Below, piece by piece: positions 10,182 through 20,829 of a DNA stretch of 64,000 nt. Source of the DNA: an uncultured Verrucomicrobiae bacterium. Lineage in GTDB: Bacteria; Verrucomicrobiota; Verrucomicrobiia; Opitutales; JABDGR01. The notes below the pieces were generated by a model. The model was not told the origin of the DNA. It worked only from the letters and a program-made list of their open reading frames with translations, and made no database searches. Each line of letters begins with the position of its first letter. Within the stretch, counting starts at the first letter, position 1. The stretch spans positions 128,001 to 192,000 of the forward strand of contig CAVXVB010000011.1 in NCBI GenBank assembly GCA_963765205.1, written 5' to 3'. Both the position numbers and the translations under genes were made by a program.

Positions 10182-12929
10182 ATGCCCATCCCCTTTAACA
10201 CCCAAATGCCCTTTACCGCGCCGGATGGCCGGTCGGGGTTCATTGCGTCGCTGCCGGCGCTCGAAGCGGCCGGCCTCGGCAAAATTTCGCGCCTGCCGGT
10301 CTCGATCCGCATCGTGCTCGAGTCGGTGTTGCGCAACTGCGACGGCCTGCGCATCAATGAGAGCGACGTGCGCGCGCTGGCGGCGTGGAACGCGGCGAAG
10401 CCCGCCGACACGGAGATTCCCTTCGTCGTCTCGCGCATCGTGTTGCAGGACTTCACGGGTGTGCCGCTGCTGGTGGACCTGGCGGCGATGCGCGACGCCG
10501 TGGCCAAGCTCAACCGCGACGCGGGCCTGATCGAGCCGCTGGTGCCGGTGGATTTGGTGGTGGATCACTCGGTGCAGGTGGACCGCGCGGGCACGCCGGC
10601 GTCGTTCCTGCAAAATTTGCAAATCGAGTTCGAGCGCAACCGCGAACGCTACGAATTCCTCAAATGGGGCCAGCAGGCGTTCGAGACGTTCAGCGTCGTG
10701 CCGCCGGCCATCGGGATCGTCCACCAGGTGAATCTGGAATACCTCGCGAAGGTCGTCTTCGCGCGCGAGACCAACGGCATGACGTGGTTCTTCCCCGATT
10801 CGCTGGTGGGCACGGACTCGCACACGACGATGATCAACGGCCTGGGCGTGGTCGGCTGGGGCGTGGGCGGCATCGAGGCGGAGGCCGGAATGCTCGGCCA
10901 GCCGGTTTATTTCCAGACGCCGGAAGTCATCGGCGTCCACCTCTCCGGCGCGCTGCGCGAGGGCGTGACGGCGACGGACTTGACGCTGCGTGTGACCGAA
11001 TTGCTGCGCAAGGAGAAGGTCGTCGGCAAATTCGTGGAATTTTACGGCGAAGGCGCGCGGAAGCTGACTGTGGCCGACCGCGCGACGATTGCGAACATGG
11101 CGCCCGAATACGGCGCGACGATGGGCTTCTTCGGCCTCGACGACCAATCGCTGGAGTATTTGCGCGCCACCGGGCGGCCGGCGGCGCACGTCGCGCTCGT
11201 CAAGGCGTATTGCCAGGCGCAGGGCCTGTGGGGCATTCCGCGCCGAGGCGAGGTGGACTACACGAAGTCGCTCGAACTGGACCTTGGCAGCATTGTGCCC
11301 TGCGTCGCCGGGCCGAAGCGCCCGCAGGACCGCATTGATTTGCCCAATTTGAAAAACCGCTTCATCGAACTTTTCCAAAAGGATGTGAAGGACGGCGGCT
11401 ACGGCAAACTCGCCAGCGACCTGCCGCACCACACCCCGGAGGCTTGCCTCGCGGTGGAGGCCGAGCGCGCGGAAGGCGGCGGCGTCGCGCTGGCGGAGGA
11501 GGCGGCGGAAGTGGACCACGGCTCGGTGCTCATCGCCGCCATCACGAGTTGCACGAACACGTCGAAACCCCTCGGTTATGGTCGCCGCGGGCCTCGTCGC
11601 TAAAAAGGCGGTCGAGAAAGGCCTGAGCGTGCCGGCGTATGTCAAAACCAGCCTCGCGCCCGGTTCGCGCGTCGTCACGGATTACCTCGAAGCCACCGGC
11701 CTGCAAACTTATCTGGACCAGCTCGGCTTCAACCTGGTCGGCTACGGCTGCACGACCTGCATTGGCAACAGCGGGCCGCTTGAGCCGGCCATCGAGTCGG
11801 CCATCAAGGAAGGCGACCTCATCACCGCGAGCGTGCTGTCGGGCAACCGCAATTTCGAGGCGCGCGTGCACGGCTCGATCAAGGCGAACTTTTTGATGTC
11901 GCCCCCGCTGGTCGTCGCGTTTGCGCTGGCGGGCCGCGTGGACATTGACCTCGACCACGAGTCGCTCGGCACCGGGAAGGACGGGACGCCCGTTTACCTG
12001 CGCGACCTCTGGCCCACACTGACGGAAATCCAGGACAACGTGACGCGCGGGCTGCAGCCGGAAATGTTTGCGCGCAAATACGGCACGCTCAAGGACGCCA
12101 ACCCCGAGTGGAACGCCATCAAGGTCACCGGCGGCGAGCGCTATGCCTGGGACGCAAAGTCCACCTACATCCAGTTGCCGCCGTTTTTCGAGAAATTCTC
12201 GCTCACGCCGGGACCATTACCCCACTCGCGAATTTGCGCCCGCTGGCGATCCTCGGCGACTCGGTGACCACCGACCATATTTCCCCGGCCGGCTCCTTCA
12301 AGGCCGACACGCCGGCGGGCAAGTTTCTCATCGAACACTGCGTGAAGCCGGCCGATTTCAATTCCTACGGTTCGCGCCGCGGCAACGACCGGGTGATGAC
12401 GCGCGGGACCTTCGCCAATGTGCGCATCAAAAACGCGATGGCCGGCGGCAAGGAAGGCGGCTTCACCCGCCTGGAACCGGCGGGCAAAGTCATGCCGATT
12501 TACGACGCGTGCCAGGCCTATGCGAAATCCGGAACCGGGCTGATTATTTTCGCGGGCGCGGATTACGGCATGGGCAGCTCGCGCGACTGGGCGGCAAAAG
12601 GCACGGCGCTGCTCGGCGTCAAGGCCGTCGTCGCCAAATCCTTCGAGCGCATCCACCGCAGCAACCTGCTCGGGATGGGGGTGCTCCCGCTTGAATTCAC
12701 GGGCGGCCAAAACGCCGAAGCGTTGGGCCTCGACGGCAGCGAAGTCTTTTCCCTTGCCGGCCTCGGTGAGGATTTGAAGCCCAAGCAAATGCTCGAACTC
12801 GTCATCCGCCGCACCAACGGCCGCGAGGACAAGGCCACGCTACAGGTGCGCATAGATACACTCATTGAGGTCGAATACTACCGCCATGGGGGGATCTTGC
12901 CGTATGTGCTGAGGCAGTTGTTGAAATAG
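10182..12929 (+). CDS. acnA: Aconitate hydratase A; two frameshifts (~11566, ~12211)
   Basis: [26 protein letters not shown](NP), [19 protein letters not shown] and [10 protein letters not shown] spread over three consecutive ORFs. Confidence 0.96.
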
Positions 12930-13189
12930 CCAAGGGACAGAGGGCGGGCCACAAAGAGGTTTCCACAACTTTACAACCTTCATTCTCGTCATTATCCTCT
13001 TCATTTGTTTCATTTCATTCCCTAGTCGCCTTGGTCCTCCCCGCTCTATCCGCTCATTGCCTGAGTGCCACTGCTTCTCTGTCGCCTCAGTGCCTTTGTC
13101 CCTCTGTCCCTTTGCCCCTCCGCTTCACCCCCCATTTTCCTTGCCTGCCCCCGCCCCTTATCTGCTAGAATCCTCCTTCCCCGCCCACC

Positions 13190-13720
13190 ATGGCCACTGA
13201 AGCAACCGCACCCATCTTCCTCGTCCACACCAACGGCGACCCGATTGTGTTGACCATCGTCGGCCGGGCCAGCTACCTGAATTGCGCGCCCGTGTCGCAG
13301 TTCTTCCAGAAGCTGCTCAAGCAGGGCCGCCGGCGGTTTGTCCTTGATTTCACGCGTTGTACCGGGATGGACTCGACCTTCCTCGGCCTGATTGCCGGGG
13401 CCGCGATGGAAGCCGCCAAGGCCCAGCCCCCCGGCGTCATCAGCATGATGGGCCTCAGCCCGCGCAACCTCGAACTCGTCCGCAACCTGGGCCTTCACCG
13501 CCTGATGTGCGTGGACTGCGGGGACTACCCGATGAATTTCTCGCCCGACCAGGCCCGCGCCCTCATCACCCCCGACCAGCAGGAACTGGCCAACGCCCGC
13601 ATGATCCTCCAGGCCCACGAAAACCTCATCGCCGCCGACACGGCCAACCTCAGCAAATTCCAGGACGTGCTGGCCTTTTTGAAAAGCCAGACGGAAAAGG
13701 AAATGGTCGCCGGGAAGTGA
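13190..13720 (+). CDS. STAS-domain anti-sigma-factor antagonist
   Basis: VLDFTRCTGMDSTFLGLI with the phosphorylatable Ser motif. Confidence 0.85.
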   Translation: MATEATAPIFLVHTNGDPIVLTIVGRASYLNCAPVSQFFQKLLKQGRRRFVLDFTRCTGMDSTFLGLIAGAAMEAAKAQPPGVISMMGLSPRNLELVRNLGLHRLMCVDCGDYPMNFSPDQARALITPDQQELANARMILQAHENLIAADTANLSKFQDVLAFLKSQTEKEMVAGK

Positions 13721-13727
13721 GGGGGGA

Positions 13728-14645
13728 TTACGGCGCGGGCGGGATTAACTTCCGGCGGATGGCTGGGTCGTCCTTCACGCGTTCAAACAAAAAACTCAAT
13801 TCGGGTGGCACCGCATTGCCAATAACCCGCCTGCTTGAAAATACGTCCACCTCCTTTGTCGCCTCCCCCGTCTTTACGTTTTCAATAGTGAGATAAGTGG
13901 TATCGGTGGAAGTCTCGCCATTAAATATGGTGTCGGGTCTGCCGTCTACGTCCCGGAAGCCAATCAGCATCCGCGTGTCCTTTTGCAGCCAAGGGTATTG
14001 GGTCGTCAAGTCGTGTATCATGATGTCGGCGCGCTCTTGACCAATCGCGGCCGTGAGACTGCTGGAAAGCCAGGGCTGCAGGGAGGCCACGTCGTCGCTA
14101 TCGAGGGGCGGGATGGCATAATAGGAGAATCGCCCGGCCATGCCGGCATTTTTTTGGTCCAATTTCGCACGGTCAGCCGCATCCTCTTCCGGGATTTCCT
14201 GCACCGTGGCGCGAAAGTGCCCTTCGATGTGATCTTGCAATTGAGAAAATATGTTTTGCACCTGGCCGGCTTCCTCACTGGTCAGCCCCAACCAGCCGAT
14301 GGCGTTGCTACTGAGATTCAAGACCCATGGTCCCGTGTCATTGCCCGAATTCGTGTTGGATCCTGATATTTTGATGTTCATGGCTTTAATGGCATCCAAG
14401 CGCACCGGGATATATTTTGCACCATCTTTCGGCTCACTTGCGAGCGGTTGAGCTTGGGCGGCTTGCGCGTCGCGCAATTCAGAACTCAACCGGTTTACCG
14501 ATGATTGGAGTGAAGCGTTCTTTTTGGTCAATACGGCTTGCAGTGTTTCCGCCGCATGAACTCGTCGTGATTGCAGGGTGATGATGGCCACATCCAACCC
14601 TAGCACCAAGGCCGTAAAGGCCATAATTTTAATTTTCCGATTCAT
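13728..14645 (-). CDS. Exported or membrane-anchored hypothetical protein, paralogous to the extension of the adjacent ECF sigma
   Basis: N-terminal TM plus coiled coil; YIPVRLDAIK / LGLTSEEAGQVQN blocks shared with 14671-16500. Confidence 0.8.
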   Translation of the reverse strand: MNRKIKIMAFTALVLGLDVAIITLQSRRVHAAETLQAVLTKKNASLQSSVNRLSSELRDAQAAQAQPLASEPKDGAKYIPVRLDAIKAMNIKISGSNTNSGNDTGPWVLNLSSNAIGWLGLTSEEAGQVQNIFSQLQDHIEGHFRATVQEIPEEDAADRAKLDQKNAGMAGRFSYYAIPPLDSDDVASLQPWLSSSLTAAIGQERADIMIHDLTTQYPWLQKDTRMLIGFRDVDGRPDTIFNGETSTDTTYLTIENVKTGEATKEVDVFSSRRVIGNAVPPELSFLFERVKDDPAIRRKLIPPAP

Positions 14646-14670
14646 TGAAAGCGAAGATTCTTTGAGGCGT

Positions 14671-16500
14671 TTACGGCTCGTAAGTGACCGGGCCTTGGCC
14701 GGGAACGTTTATCGAAAGTGAGGTGTCGCCTTGGTGAAAGACCAAGCTATCGTAGTTCTCACCCGCAACTGGCGTGAGCGGCTTAAGTAATAATAAGCCG
14801 GATGCGGTGAGGAGTTGACGATATCCCACCTCGGTGACGTTGTTCACTCCCAGATAAAGCCTCGCCCTTAAGAAAATTTGGCGGAGATTTCCCTGCACCA
14901 ACAATTTTTGGGGCGTCATGGTTGGGTCTGGCGGCCGGACATTTGCGCGCGCGGACTTGAGCAAGTCCGCCCAATCGTCCGGGTAGAGATCGCGGGTGTC
15001 TTTGGTTCCGCTGGAACCTCCGGAACCATACGTGTCCACCCAGGAACTGCGCGCGACGCCTTTGTCGTCCACGTAGTCAGAAATGATGATTATGCGCAGC
15101 ACGCCGGGTTTGAGCCACAATGGGTTGGCGGCGGTGGTGGTCATGTGGGGAAAATCGTCCATGCTCTTGTCGAGGATGATCTGGGCACGATCTGGACCAA
15201 CTGCTTTGGTCATGCTCCCGAGATACCATTGTTGCAGGTCGGACAATTCGTCATCAGTCATGGCGCGGATTTCATAGGCGGAAAGCGTGCCGGGGTTGGC
15301 ACCCAGCACTGGTTGAATAATAGGCGCGCCTGGGGAAAAATACGCGGGCAACTCAGATGGGTCCACCTGTTTGAGATTGGCATGCTCGTAGTCCGACACG
15401 CGTTTGTGCAATTCATCCAGAACATTTTGGACCTGGTGGGCTTCGGCGGGGGTCAGCCCCAAGAGTGCCGCGGCCTGGTCGTTAAGAGTAAACTGATCGT
15501 TAAGAGTAAACGAGTTGGATTTGGTAATGTTGAACACTTTGTTCCGGATCGCGTCGAGGTTGACCGGAATGTAATCGGCGTCACCAGCGGGTGTTTTGGC
15601 CACGGCGTTTTCCAGCGCATGGCCTCTGGTGGCGTCCTTGAGGTCAACCTTCAATTGGATGAGTGATTTTTCGAGGGCGAGGTTTCGCTCCGCAAGCGCG
15701 GCATTCTGCGCCTCCAGTTGGGATATCTGCCGCGAAGTCACCGTAATTGGAATTGCCGCAAGCATGATTACAACTGCCGCCGCAATGGCAGCATTGGTTT
15801 TGGTGGTCATGGTAATGCCTTTCATAAAACCTGTTGCCACGCCGGTGTGCGTGGCGTTGGCGAGTGCCGCGTTGCCCAGGCTGGCTGCAAGGCCGGCGGG
15901 GGCGGCTTGCACGGAATGGGTGGAGATGGCTCCGGCGAGAAGGGCGGTGGAGAGGGTCACGCCGCGGCGCGAGAGACGAACCCGCAGTTTTTCCAGGGCG
16001 CGGTCTACGCGCTTGCGCGCCAGAACCTCGCTCCAGCCGAGTTCCGCGGCGACTTCTCGGTGGGTCTTGCCTTGGAAAAAGCGCAGGAGCACGGCCTCGC
16101 GGTCCTGCGCGCCGAGGCAGCCCACGGCTTCGTCGAGCGTGGACTGCAAGGGCAGCCAGTCCATTTCCGTGGGCGCGGGATGGTCGTTGGTCATCATGGT
16201 GGCAGCCTCCTTTTCGCGGGCGCGCCGCTGGCGTTCCCCGCGCACGGCGGCGCTGGCGGCGTAACGCGTCGTCGTGTGCAACCAGCCGAGCAGATTCTCA
16301 CGCCCGGCGAGCGACCCCGCCTTGCGCGCGAGGGTGGTGAAAACGGTCTGGGCCACGTCCTGGGCCAGGGGCGCGTCGCCCGCGACCAGCCGCAGGGCGG
16401 CGGAATAGACCAGGTCGGTGTGGCGGCGCACGACCTCGGCAAAGGCGGCCTGGCGGCCGGCTTCCGCATACTGGCGCAGCAATTCGCGGTCGGATTCCAT
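14671..16500 (-). CDS. ECF sigma-70 factor with TM and long C-terminal extension
   Basis: SDRELLRQYA..AFAEVVRRH..LVYSAALR..DVAQTVF (region 2) and DREAVLLRFFQGKTHREVA..RALEKLR (region 4), followed by a TM near residue 240-255. Confidence 0.92.
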   Translation of the reverse strand: MESDRELLRQYAEAGRQAAFAEVVRRHTDLVYSAALRLVAGDAPLAQDVAQTVFTTLARKAGSLAGRENLLGWLHTTTRYAASAAVRGERQRRAREKEAATMMTNDHPAPTEMDWLPLQSTLDEAVGCLGAQDREAVLLRFFQGKTHREVAAELGWSEVLARKRVDRALEKLRVRLSRRGVTLSTALLAGAISTHSVQAAPAGLAASLGNAALANATHTGVATGFMKGITMTTKTNAAIAAAVVIMLAAIPITVTSRQISQLEAQNAALAERNLALEKSLIQLKVDLKDATRGHALENAVAKTPAGDADYIPVNLDAIRNKVFNITKSNSFTLNDQFTLNDQAAALLGLTPAEAHQVQNVLDELHKRVSDYEHANLKQVDPSELPAYFSPGAPIIQPVLGANPGTLSAYEIRAMTDDELSDLQQWYLGSMTKAVGPDRAQIILDKSMDDFPHMTTTAANPLWLKPGVLRIIIISDYVDDKGVARSSWVDTYGSGGSSGTKDTRDLYPDDWADLLKSARANVRPPDPTMTPQKLLVQGNLRQIFLRARLYLGVNNVTEVGYRQLLTASGLLLLKPLTPVAGENYDSLVFHQGDTSLSINVPGQGPVTYEP

Positions 16501-16611
16501 GCGGGTTCAGTAGATAGCGTCCACCCAATCCGGGATGTGACAAGGAAAATAGGGGAAAGGGGGCGCGGTTTGCTAAATGGAGTGTGGGATGGCCCGGAGT
16601 GAAGAGGGAGG

Positions 16612-16709
16612 AACCGCAGATTACGCAGATTTTACAGATTTATAAGCTTGGAATCCAATCTGTGTCACTCCCACAGCAAGCGGCTGGGTGATCTGCGTAA
16701 TCTGTGGTT
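16612..16709. repeat. Intergenic palindrome of 9-nt units (..CAGATT) with a hairpin inserted in the right arm
   Basis: AACCGCAGATTACGCAGATTTTACAGATT ... AATCTGTGT[CACTCCCACAGCAAGCGGCTGGGTG]ATCTGCGTAATCTGTGGTT. Confidence 0.85.
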
Positions 16710-16774
16710 TTAATCTTTATCTCCAGTCAAAACTTATTAAAATAATAAATTTATGCAAATAACAAATTATTTTG

Positions 16775-16802
16775 TTGACAAAATCGGGTAAGTGGCTACT
16801 AT
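16775..16802 (+). promoter_or_regulatory. sigma70-type promoter; probably leaderless
   Basis: TTGACA-N16-TACTAT with ATG 6 nt downstream and an AT-rich UP-like tract upstream. Confidence 0.7.
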
Positions 16803-16808
16803 TCAAAC

Positions 16809-17078
16809 ATGTCCCATGAATTTCTGACTTCGCTTCATTCGCAGGTCATCGGCGTTTCTGAGGAAAAGCGAGGCGCGAAGCCTGTAGAAAAGCCGTTCAA
16901 TGAGAAGATGAAGCCCGCCGATGCGGTAGCGGAAGACGACCGGCACCGCACGATCGGGGTTTCGATGCCGCCAAATTTGCGGCAGCGGGCGGCGGAACGG
17001 GCGGCGGCGGTCGGGTTGTCGTTCAGCCGCTATGTGCAATGGTGCATCGAGGCGGAATTGGATGGGGTCCACTCTTGA
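16809..17078 (+). CDS. Small ribbon-helix-helix-like DNA-binding protein
   Basis: RTIGVSMPPNLRQRAAERAAAVGLSFSRYVQWCIEAEL; has its own promoter. Confidence 0.7.
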   Translation: MSHEFLTSLHSQVIGVSEEKRGAKPVEKPFNEKMKPADAVAEDDRHRTIGVSMPPNLRQRAAERAAAVGLSFSRYVQWCIEAELDGVHS

Positions 17079-17325
17079 GGCACGATTCAACAAGACCTCG
17101 ACTTGAAACTGTTGAGGAATTCCCAGGGGCATAGGGTAAAATCCTTGCGATAAATAGGGTCAATTGCCTATTAACGTTCATTTATTGCCGGGTGTGATTC
17201 ACAATATTTGTTTTACAATTTCACCAGAAAAATAATTGCAAACCGGATGAATGAATCATTTATAAGAGCAGCCTCCGCCGGATTGGCGGTTTGGCTTTTT
17301 CATATCCGACCCTCCTCTTTACCGC

Positions 17326-17700
17326 ATGAACCTCCAGACCAAGTTGCGATCCATCAACCAGGCGGGGCACCGCCTCAAAAAGCTGAAACGGCGCCTGCTC
17401 GTCGAGGTGGACAAGGAGAAAGCGCTGGCCGTGAAGCTGGAAAAGCTAGTGAAGGAAATCGGCCTGCCGCCGCGCGACCTGGTGTTCACGCTGGTGGATA
17501 AATACAAAGTACGGCTGGCCGGGCGGCGCAAGGGCCAGCGCCGCCGCCGCAAGCGCACCAGGATCACCCCGGAATTGTGCGCCGCGGTGAAAAAGCGGGT
17601 GAAGGGCGGCGTCTCGATGAACCGCGCCTCGCAGGAATTCGGCCTGAGCTACGCGGTCGTGATCAAGATGATCCGCGGGCATTATGATAAAAAAGGATAA
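17326..17700 (+). CDS. Basic DNA-binding protein (coiled coil + Arg-rich linker + HTH)
   Basis: RRKGQRRRRKRTRITPELCAAVKKRVKGGVSMNRASQEFGLSYAVVIKM. Confidence 0.75.
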   Translation: MNLQTKLRSINQAGHRLKKLKRRLLVEVDKEKALAVKLEKLVKEIGLPPRDLVFTLVDKYKVRLAGRRKGQRRRRKRTRITPELCAAVKKRVKGGVSMNRASQEFGLSYAVVIKMIRGHYDKKG

Positions 17701-17704
17701 AACG

Positions 17705-17828
17705 TTTACCGCGAAGGCGCGAAGAGCGCCAAGGGGGTTTTTTGGCAGAATTAACGGAATCGCTCCCGGCCCTTCGGGCCTGGGTGAACAAAACTCTTTC
17801 TTCGCGCTCTTGGCGTCTTCGCGGTGAA
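17705..17828. repeat. Intergenic palindrome of 9-nt units (CGCGAAGRN)
   Basis: TTTACCGCGAAGGCGCGAAGAGCGCCAAG ... CTTCGCGCTCTTGGCGTCTTCGCGGTGAA; lies between convergent genes. Confidence 0.85.
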
Positions 17829-20714
17829 TTATAATTTCCCCCGGTGGGCGAGGTCTTGGATGAGTTTGACGGCGAGGCCGGTCCAGCCGGTTTGGTGGCT
17901 GGCGCCGCAGCCGCGGCCAGTGTCGCCGTGGAAGTATTCGTAGAACAAAATCAAATCCTTGAAGTTGGGGTCGGTGGCGTAGCGGGCGTCGTCGCCGTGG
18001 CAGGGGCGGCGACCGGCGGCGTCGGGGAGGTAGAGGCTGACGAGGCGGCGGCCGATTTCGTCGGCGGCGTCGCCCAGGGTAACGTGTCGGCCCGAGCCGG
18101 TGGGGCATTCGACGATCAAGCCGTCGCCGTAGAAATAATCATAGCGTTGAAGCGCTTCAATGAGCAGGTAATTGACTGGGAACCAGACCGGCCCGCGCCA
18201 GTTCGAGTTGCCGCCGAAGAGGCTGGTGGTGCTTTCGCCAGGGCAATAATCCACCTGGTAGGATTGGTGGTCGAAGTTGATGAGGGCGGGGTGCCCGGCG
18301 TGATATTTGGAAAGGCTGCGCAGGCCGTGCGGCGAAAGGAATTCGTTTTCGTCAAAAATGTATTTGAGGACGCGCTCGAGACGCTCGCGCGAGGGAATGG
18401 CGAGGAGCATTTTGCCCGAGCGCGCACCGCCTTTTTCCATGCAGGAAATGTGCTGGCGCAAATCGGCGCGGTGGTCGAGAAACCAGCGCAGGCGCTTGCC
18501 GAACTGCGGCAGCCGCGCGATGACCTCCTCATCGAGCACTTCGGCCGCCAGCAGGGGAATCAGCCCGACCATTGAGCGGATGGGCAGGCGCACCGTGGCG
18601 CCGTCGAAGGAAATCTGGTCGTGATAAAAACCCGCGTCGTTGTCCCAGAGGCCGGTGCCACCAAGGTTGTTCATGGCGTCGGCGATGGTCACGTAGTGCT
18701 CGAAAAATTTCGAGGCGACGCCCTCGTAGGCATCATCATAGCCCGCGAGTTCGAGCGCCATCGAGAGCATGGTGCCGCAGTAAAAGGCCATCCACGCCGT
18801 GCCATCGGCCTGTTCCAGGTGGCCGCCGCCGGGGAACACCTGGTTGCGGTCAAAGGCGCCGATGTTGTCCATGCCCAAGAAGCCGCCGCCGAAAACGTTG
18901 TTGCCCTCGGGGTCCTTGCGGTTGACCCACCAGGTGAAGTTGATGAGCAGCTTATGGAAGGCCTGGGCGAGGAAGTTGAGGTCGCGCTGGCCGCGCCCAG
19001 CGGTCATTTTATAAACGCGCCAGCAGGCCCAGGCGTGAACGGGCGGGTTCACGTCGTCGAAGGAAAATTCATAGGCGGGAATTTTCCCGCTCGGATGCAT
19101 ATACCATTCGCGCAACAGCAGGAGGAGTTGCTCCTTGGTGAACTGTGGGTCAATCGTTGAGAACGGAATCATGTGGAACGCGAGGTCCCACGCCGCATAC
19201 CAGGGGTATTCCCATTTGTCGGGCATCGAGATGATGTCGCGGTTGTATAAATGCGTCCAGTTGCGGTTGCGACCGGTGAGGCGCTTGGCGGGGGGCTTGG
19301 GCTGCGACGGGTCGCCATCGAGCCAGTCGCGCACGGAGTAGTGGTAAAATTGTTTGCTCCAGAGCAGGCCCGCCACGCCCTGGCGCATGATTTGCAGGTG
19401 CTGGTCGTCCATCGCGCCGGAGGAACGGCGCAGAATGTGGTAAAACTCATTCATCTCCGATTCGCGGTCGGCGATGGTTTCCTCGAAGGCGGGGCCGAAC
19501 ATTTGCGCAGGCGCCTCGCGCTGGCTCGCCAGGCGCAGGCGGAGCGTCACCTCGCCGCCGGCGGGAATATCGAGGACATACCAGGCCGCGGCCCTCGTGC
19601 CGGTTTTGAGCGGGTTCACCGCGTCCTCGCGGTCGTGGACAACGCGCTCATGAAAAGCGTCCTTGACGAACGTCGTGTATTGCGGGATGCCGAAGAGTCG
19701 TTGCGAGTTCGTCTCATTTTCCGTGAAAATCCATTCGGGCGGCCGCTGGCCGGGCGTGGTATCGGCGGCGAAGAGGAACGGTTCCAGTTCCTGGTGTTCG
19801 GCGCGCACCAGGCCATCGCCGGTGAGGGCCAGGCTCGGCTTGAGCGTGCAGCCCTCGTAGCGGCAGCCCCAGGCCCAGGTGTTGCGGAACCACACGCTGG
19901 GCAGCACATGCAACCGCGCGGCGTCGGGGCCGCGGTTGGCGAGGCGCAGGCGGATCAGTGTGTCATTCGGCCCGGCCTTGGCGAAAACGGCGAAGACATC
20001 GAAGTAACGGTTCTGGTCGAAGACGCCGGTGTCGGTGATTTCGAGTTCGCGGTCGTTCACGCCGCGGGCACGGTTTTCGGCAACGAGGCGCGCGTAGGGA
20101 AATTCCGCCTGCGGGTATTTGTAAAGTGCGCGCGCGAAGGAATGCGTCGGCGTCGAGTCGAGGTAGTAATACAATTCCTTCACGTCCTCGCCGTGGTTGC
20201 CCTCGGTGTTGGTCAGGCCGAAGAGGCGCTCCTTGAGGATCGGGTCCTTTTCGTTCCAGAGCGCGACGCCGAAGCACAGGCGGCACTCGCGGTCCGTCCA
20301 GCCCAGCAGGCCATCCTCGCCCCAACGGTAGGCGCGGCTGCGGGCGTGGTCGTGTGGGAAATATTCCCAGCAGGCGCCGTTGGCCGAATAGTCCTCGCGG
20401 ACGGTGGCCCACTGGCGCTCGGCGAGATACGGCCCCCAGCGCTTCCAATTGGCTTTGCGGGCGGCGTCGGCGGCGAGGCGCTGGCCTTCGGCGGTGTGGG
20501 CGGAATCATCCACAGCGGCCGGGCCACGGGCGGGCGCGGGCGTGATTTTGGCGAAATGCGTGCCGGCCTTCGGACGGCGGGCGGGCGGCGGCGGCGCGCC
20601 GACCTGCGATTCATCCGCCGCATGCACGAGCCGCGCCGGCAAAAAGATGCTGACCGGCTGGGGTCCGGCGGGCTTGGCGGACGGACTGGGGGCGGGTTTC
20701 GTTTTGCGAGGCAT
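17829..20714 (-). CDS. GH63/MGH1-like glucosidase
   Basis: WKRWGPYLAERQWATVREDYS, SMPDKWEYPWYAAWDLAFH, NSNWRGPVW and EYFHGDTGRGCGASHQTGWT. Start taken at MPRKTKP. Confidence 0.9.
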   Translation of the reverse strand: MPRKTKPAPSPSAKPAGPQPVSIFLPARLVHAADESQVGAPPPPARRPKAGTHFAKITPAPARGPAAVDDSAHTAEGQRLAADAARKANWKRWGPYLAERQWATVREDYSANGACWEYFPHDHARSRAYRWGEDGLLGWTDRECRLCFGVALWNEKDPILKERLFGLTNTEGNHGEDVKELYYYLDSTPTHSFARALYKYPQAEFPYARLVAENRARGVNDRELEITDTGVFDQNRYFDVFAVFAKAGPNDTLIRLRLANRGPDAARLHVLPSVWFRNTWAWGCRYEGCTLKPSLALTGDGLVRAEHQELEPFLFAADTTPGQRPPEWIFTENETNSQRLFGIPQYTTFVKDAFHERVVHDREDAVNPLKTGTRAAAWYVLDIPAGGEVTLRLRLASQREAPAQMFGPAFEETIADRESEMNEFYHILRRSSGAMDDQHLQIMRQGVAGLLWSKQFYHYSVRDWLDGDPSQPKPPAKRLTGRNRNWTHLYNRDIISMPDKWEYPWYAAWDLAFHMIPFSTIDPQFTKEQLLLLLREWYMHPSGKIPAYEFSFDDVNPPVHAWACWRVYKMTAGRGQRDLNFLAQAFHKLLINFTWWVNRKDPEGNNVFGGGFLGMDNIGAFDRNQVFPGGGHLEQADGTAWMAFYCGTMLSMALELAGYDDAYEGVASKFFEHYVTIADAMNNLGGTGLWDNDAGFYHDQISFDGATVRLPIRSMVGLIPLLAAEVLDEEVIARLPQFGKRLRWFLDHRADLRQHISCMEKGGARSGKMLLAIPSRERLERVLKYIFDENEFLSPHGLRSLSKYHAGHPALINFDHQSYQVDYCPGESTTSLFGGNSNWRGPVWFPVNYLLIEALQRYDYFYGDGLIVECPTGSGRHVTLGDAADEIGRRLVSLYLPDAAGRRPCHGDDARYATDPNFKDLILFYEYFHGDTGRGCGASHQTGWTGLAVKLIQDLAHRGKL

Positions 20715-20829
20715 GGGGAAAATATAAACGCGGAATGCGGAACGCGGAAATGAAAATCGGTGGTGTTGTGCAAGCTTGCGCTGTTGGCGGGTTTGGCTAG
20801 TTTGACCTACTTTACCCCCGCGCACCCCC

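Noticed and set aside
13728..17700. Prophage or genomic island around the ECF and small DNA-binding genes
   Set aside because: No integrase, tRNA, att repeats or phage structural genes.
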